The notes beneath the pieces are model-generated. The model saw nothing but the letters and a program-made list of their open reading frames with translations. It was not told the DNA's origin and did not search any database. A stretch of 64,000 nucleotides of DNA from Azolla caroliniana (Eukaryota; Plantae; Polypodiophyta): contig JBHGNT010000001.1 in assembly GCA_043228905.1 (NCBI GenBank), positions 24,056,001-24,120,000 of the forward strand. The letters are read 5' to 3'. Both the position numbers and the translations under genes were made by a program. Positions 58,699-64,000 of the stretch are shown piece by piece. Numbering within the stretch: position 1 is the first letter of the stretch; every line of letters begins with the position of its first letter.

Positions 58699-61600
58699 TG
58701 TTGGGAATCGTCGCTTCGATTCACCTTCACCACTCGGCCACAACCGAGTAATCGCGAATCAATGCAGCAGAAAATAGGAACCACAGAGAGAAACACACGT
58801 ATACACAGGGATTAACGTGGAAAACCCTAGATGGGAAAAACCACGGGAGTACAAGACTCCAAACCAACACTATACAAAGAGAAGTATACAATGGCGAGCT
58901 GCAAGGCGACGACCTTGAGCTCGCTGTCCTCGCCACAGGCGGCGGAAATACACAGAGGCGTCGTCCTCTTCCTCTCTCGCGCTCTATCTCTCTCTCTCTC
59001 TCACGGCTGCTCTCTCTTCACTCCTCTAGAGTGGAAAAACAGAAAAATGAATAGCAACATTAAAACAGTTTGCCCTAAGTCATATTTATACATATATGAC
59101 TTTGGGGCTATTTACAACTATAGCCTCAGGGGCCCGTAGCAAACATATTCACGGATATGTCCCTGCATCCGGATCGCTCTCCGGGTACATTCGTCATCCG
59201 GCTCCGAAGCCGGGGTCTTCATCATCCGGTTCCGAAACCGAAACCGGGCTCGTCGGCATTCATCTCCGACATCCGACCATCCCATCCGAAGGGACCGTAA
59301 TCCAACAAACTCCCCCTTCACTTCGGCATGGGATGTCTTTCCAATCCGATCCTCTTCCGGCATGCTTCCAGCTTGTCGGATGTGAGCACCTTGGTCAGCA
59401 TATCCGACCCGTTCTCGTCCGTGTGGATCTTTGTCAGCACGAACTCCTTGTCTTCTATCCTTTCCCGGATCCAGTGATATCTTCGCTGGATGTGCTTTGT
59501 CCGGGAGTGATAGGCCGCGTTCTTCGCAAGGTGGATTGCACTCTCACTGTCGCAGTAGAGTCGGTACTCCTCCTGCCGGATACCGAGCTCTCTAATGAAG
59601 TCCTTCATCCATATTATTTCCTTGCCGGCTTCAACAGCCGCCATGTACTCCGCCTCCGTGGTTGACAACGCAACCGTCTTCTGCAGCCTCGACTGCCACG
59701 AAACGGCTCCCCCTGCATACGTCATCACATACCCTGATGTGGACCGGCTGGTATCTGCATCAGCCGACATATCCGAATCGGTGAAGCCGTCGAGTTCGGG
59801 CTTACCGGAGCCGAATCGGAGGCACACGTTTGCCGTGCCCTTCAGGTATCGGAGTATCCACTTGGCCGCGTTCCAATGCTCTTTGCCGGGATTGCTCATG
59901 TACCGGCTCACCACTCCGACTGCATATCCGATGTCCGGTCTCGTACACACCATGGCGTACATCAAGCTCCCGACGGCTGAGGCATACGGCACTTTCATCA
60001 TATCCTCCTTTTCAGCCTTTGTCTTGGGACTTTGCTTGCTGGACAGCTTGCAGTTTGCCGGGAGGGTCGATCCGACCGGTCTTGCTTCCGACATGTTGAA
60101 CCGGTAAAGCACCTTCGTCACGTACTTCTCCTATGACAGCCACAACTGCTTCTTCTTCCGGTCCCGGATGATGTGCATCCCTAGTATTTGCCTCGCCGGA
60201 CCCAGGTCCTTCATTGAGAAGGTTCGGTGAAGAGCCTTCTTCAGCATCCGTATCTTGACCTGGTCCCGTCCGACGATCAACATGTCGTCCACGTACAGGA
60301 GGAGTATTAGAAAGTCTCCTCCTTCGAACTTCTTCACAAACACGCAGTGGTCGGACTGCGTTTTGAGGTACCCTTCGTCGGTCATGAAGGAGTCGAACTT
60401 CTGGTACCATTGCCGGGGAGTCTGCTTCAGTCCGTAAAGGCTCTTCTTCAACCGGCATACCAGGTGCTCCTTCCCTTTCTTCTCGAATCCTTCCGGTTGC
60501 TGCATGTAGATCTCTTCATCGAGGTCGCCGTGAAGGAATGCCGTCTTCACGTCCATCTGTTCTACCTCGAGGTCCATGCTTGCCGCTATGCTCAGCACCG
60601 TCCGGATGGAGGTCATCTTCACTACCGGGGCAAATATCTCGTCGAAGTCGACGCCCTTCTTCTGCTGAAACCCCTTCACCACGATCCTGGCTTTGTATCT
60701 CGGGGGGTTTCCGGCATCTCCCGGTTTCAGCTTGAACACCCACTTGTTTCGAAGTGCCCGCTTTCCTTTCGGCAACTCCACAAGTTCATATGTGTGGTTC
60801 TCATGCAGGGAATCCATCTCGTCTTGCATGGCACTCAACCACCTGCGGCTCTGGGTGTCGTGCTTTGCTTCTTCAAAGCTCTCCGGCTCCCCCTCGTCGG
60901 TTAGCAGCACGTGCTCTGGTTCCGGAAATCTCCGGGGGGCCCTTCTCTCTCTTAGAGGATATCTCCGTTCCGGAGCTTCAGTAACCGGTTCTTCCGATTC
61001 TTCTTCATCCGAATCCATTTCGGGATCGGGGCCGGTTCCGGTATCATTTTCATCTTCTTCGGCCGGTTCTGTTTCTTCACCATCTTCGGCCGGATCCTCG
61101 AGTGCTAACCGGTCCCTTGCCGGTCGGGACTGCTCCTCGTAGAGTTGATCCTCACCGGTCGACTTGGAGCTCTTCATCTTCTTCTCCGACTCCCAGTCGG
61201 CGAGTGTCTTGTCCTCCATGAAGATGATGTCTCGACTCCTGAATATCTTCTTGTCGACCGGGTCCCATACTCGGTAGCCGAACTCGTCGTCGCCGTAACC
61301 GAGGAATATGCATGGCCGGGTCTTTGGATCTAGCTTTCCTCTCCGGTCCTTTGCCACATGCACGTATGCGAGACACCCGAACACCTTCAGATGCCGGTAG
61401 GAAACTTCCTTACCGGTCCACACTTTCTGCGGCGTGTCTCCGTCCAAAGGTACTGAGGGTGATCTGTTTATCACGTATGTCGCCGTCGACATTGCCTCCG
61501 CCCAAAACCCCTTGGGTAATTTCGCATGCGCCAGCATACTCCGGACCCTCTCCATTATGGTCCGGTTCATCCTCTCGGCCAGCCCGTTCAGTTCCGGCGT

Positions 61601-64000
61601 CTTCGGCACAGTAAACTCGAGTCGGATTCCCTTCGAGCGACAGTACTCCTGGAACTGCCCCCGGTATTCCCCTTCGTTATCCGCTCGTATCGCTTTCAGC
61701 TTCTTGCCGGATTCTCTTTCCACTCTCGCGTGGAGTTCTTTGAAGACGCACAACACTTGGTCCTTTGTCTTCATCGGTGCCGTCCACAGTTTTCGGCTAT
61801 GATCATCGATGAATGTTACGAAGTACTGGGCTCCGCCATGTGACTTCGTCTCTACCTGACACACGTCAGTGTGCACCAACTCCAATGGTGCGCTACGTCT
61901 CATCGGTGGCCTTGAGTGGAAGGAGGTTCGGTTCTGCTTACCGGCCAGGCAATCGGTGCACTTCTCCAGGTGCACATGCTTCACTGGGATGAGGTTGTCT
62001 TCTGCAAGCCTCTTCATCCCCTTCTCACTCATGTGGCACAGTCTTTTGTGCCACAGCTCACCGGCAGTGTCGGCTGCCACATTCAACTCTTCCGGACATA
62101 ACCGGGCATTCATCAGGTACAGTGTGTTGTCTTTCCGGGCCCGAGCCACTATCAGGCTCCCTTTGCTGAACTTCATTACGCCGTTCCGGATGCTACCTGT
62201 GTAGCCTTCATCGTCTAGCCTCCCGACCGAAATCAGGTTCAATCGAACCTCCGGAACGTGTCGGACATCCTTCAGCAGCATTTTGCATCCGGTTGGGGTT
62301 GTCAACCACACGTCTCCTATGCCGGCAATCCGGCACGTACCTTCATTTCCCATCCGAACACAGCCATGCTCACCGGCTGTGTAGGATGAGAAGTATCTTC
62401 TCTCCGGGGTCAGGTGGAACGATGCTCCGGAATCGACCACCCAGGTCGTCTCATCGCCGGCAATGTTTAGTTCACCTTCTTCGGTGATGAGCATGATTTC
62501 TTCCTCACTTGCCGCGAGTGCCGTTGTTCCTTTCCGGTCCTGCCCTCGCCGATCCGAACCTCTCCGGTCCGTGGCTCCCCGGTATGCACCGTTTCTCTCC
62601 GGTGACTTCTTCGAATCGGTGTCGTCGGCTCCGTTGTCTTTTCGGTAATGCCGACAATTCTTTCGGAAATGCCCCGGCTTCCCACAGTGGAAGCATGTGG
62701 GCCTTCCTCTTGACTGCGACCGGGTCCCCGACTTCTCCCGTCTTTGCGGACTCCGGTTCCAGTGTCTTCCCCGATCCGATTCGGTAAGCAGCGCCTTCGA
62801 GTCGGAGGCCGGTTCTTTATCTCTCCGACGCGCTTCTTCGTTCAAAATACTTGTCTTTACCGTTTGTAAGGACATGTTGTCTTCGGTGCAGGAGGTGCTG
62901 AGAGTCACCACCAAGTTCTCCCAGCTTTCCGGCAATGTACACATCAGGATGATGGCTTGCATTGCATCCTCCAACGGGAACTTGATCGCCGCAAGCTGAT
63001 TCACGAATCCCATGAACGTGCTAACGTGTTCCACCATACTCTCGCCGTCCCGGTACTTGAGATTCACTATCTTCCTCATCAGGGAGGTCCGGTTCAACGC
63101 ATTCTTCCTCTCATAGAGGCCCGACAGCTTCCGCCACATCTCATATGCGTTGGTGTCGTTCGCCACATGTTGTAGAACGCTCACGTCGACGTATTGCCGA
63201 ATGGTTGCAACGGCTTTCCGGTTCAGAAGCCTCCATTCCGACTCAAGTACCCCTTTCGGTATTTCCGACCTGTCAATCGGTTCGTACAGGTCCCGAACAA
63301 TCAGAATATCCTCCATCTTGATCTTCCAGTCGGCGTAATTCTGCGCATTCAGCACCATCATCCCCGGCTGCCCGCTGCCGCCGCCTTCCATTTTCTGCAG
63401 CAACCCGCTCTGATACCAGTTTGTTGGGAATCGTCGCTTCGATTCACCTTCACCACTCGGCCACAACCGAGTAATCGCGAATCAATGCAGCAGAAAATAG
63501 GAACCACAGAGAGAAACACACGTATACACAGGGATTAACGTGGAAAACCCTAGATGGGAAAAACCACGGGAGTACAAGACTCCAAACCAACACTATACAA
63601 AGAGAAGTATACAATGGCGAGCTGCAAGGCGACGACCTTGAGCTCGCTGTCCTCGCCACAGGCGGCGGAAATACACAGAGGCGTCGTCCTCTTCCTCTCT
63701 CGCGCTCTATCTCTCTCTCTCTCTCACGGCTGCTCTCTCTTCACTCCTCTAGAGTGGAAAAACAGAAAAATGAATAGCAACATTAAAACAGTTTGCCCTA
63801 AGTCATATTTATACATATATGACTTTGGGGCTATTTACAACTATAGCCTCAGGGGCCCGTAGCAAACATATTCACGGATATGTCCCTGCATCCGGATCGC
63901 TCTCCGGGTACATTCGTCATCCGGCTCCGAAGCCGGGGTCTTCATCATCCGGTTCCGAAACCGAAACCGGGCTCGTCGGCATTCATCTCCGACATCCGAC
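58699..64000 (-). mobile_element. Element H: young Tork/Tnt1-like copia (3' LTR 58699-59307; 5' LTR from 63422 runs off the window)
   Basis: LTRs look identical over the visible overlap; PBS TGGTATCAGAGC at 63407-63418; PPT GAAGGGGGAGTT. Confidence 0.96.
59318..63391 (-). CDS. gag-pol polyprotein of H with one in-frame TAG (60131-60133) in the RT
   Basis: ATG at 63391; CFHCGKPGHFRKNC, WVVDSGAS, LWHKRLCH/CTDC, HTD..DN..E integrase, QMDVKTAFLHG, YVDD, RNase H in the same frame after the stop. Confidence 0.93.

Noticed and set aside
60131-60133. Programmed stop-codon read-through in H
   Set aside because: The stop lies within the RT at a conserved Gln codon (G has LSQQKY), not at a domain boundary; simple C to T decay is more likely.

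Overview
Eukaryotic nuclear DNA from a non-seed land plant (a fern is my best guess, inferred from the retrotransposon mix and gene style). 1-34.5 kb and 55-64 kb are nested retroelement stacks; 35.5-54.5 kb is a gene island with three spliced genes (PP2C phosphatase +, eIF3L +, Alba/Rpp25-like RGG protein -). Elements resolved by LTR ends and TSDs: an endonuclease-less Penelope-like element with a 3' minimal hammerhead ribozyme; a very young Tcn1-like chromovirus (A, 5338-11475); an older relative (B, 15737-32943) that hosts a tRNA-Trp-primed gypsy (C) and a non-autonomous element (D) carrying two solo LTRs; a Tat/Ogre-like element (E); a chromovirus remnant (F); and three copia elements (G, H, I). 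Most striking: (1) D and E have unrelated LTRs, but both carry a tRNA-complementary site on EACH side of the internal region. A conserved, bipartite tRNA-Arg-like site with a covarying hairpin sits where the polypurine tract should be, suggesting both DNA strands are primed by tRNAs. (2) All three chromovirus LTR families carry an antisense tRNA-like box A/box B cassette in U3. (3) A and B show Tf1-type self-priming with covariation and a -1 frameshift hairpin; A and F also carry heat-shock-element-like arrays. Coordinates were counted by hand (may be off by a few bp) and tRNA identities are from memory, not from a database search.
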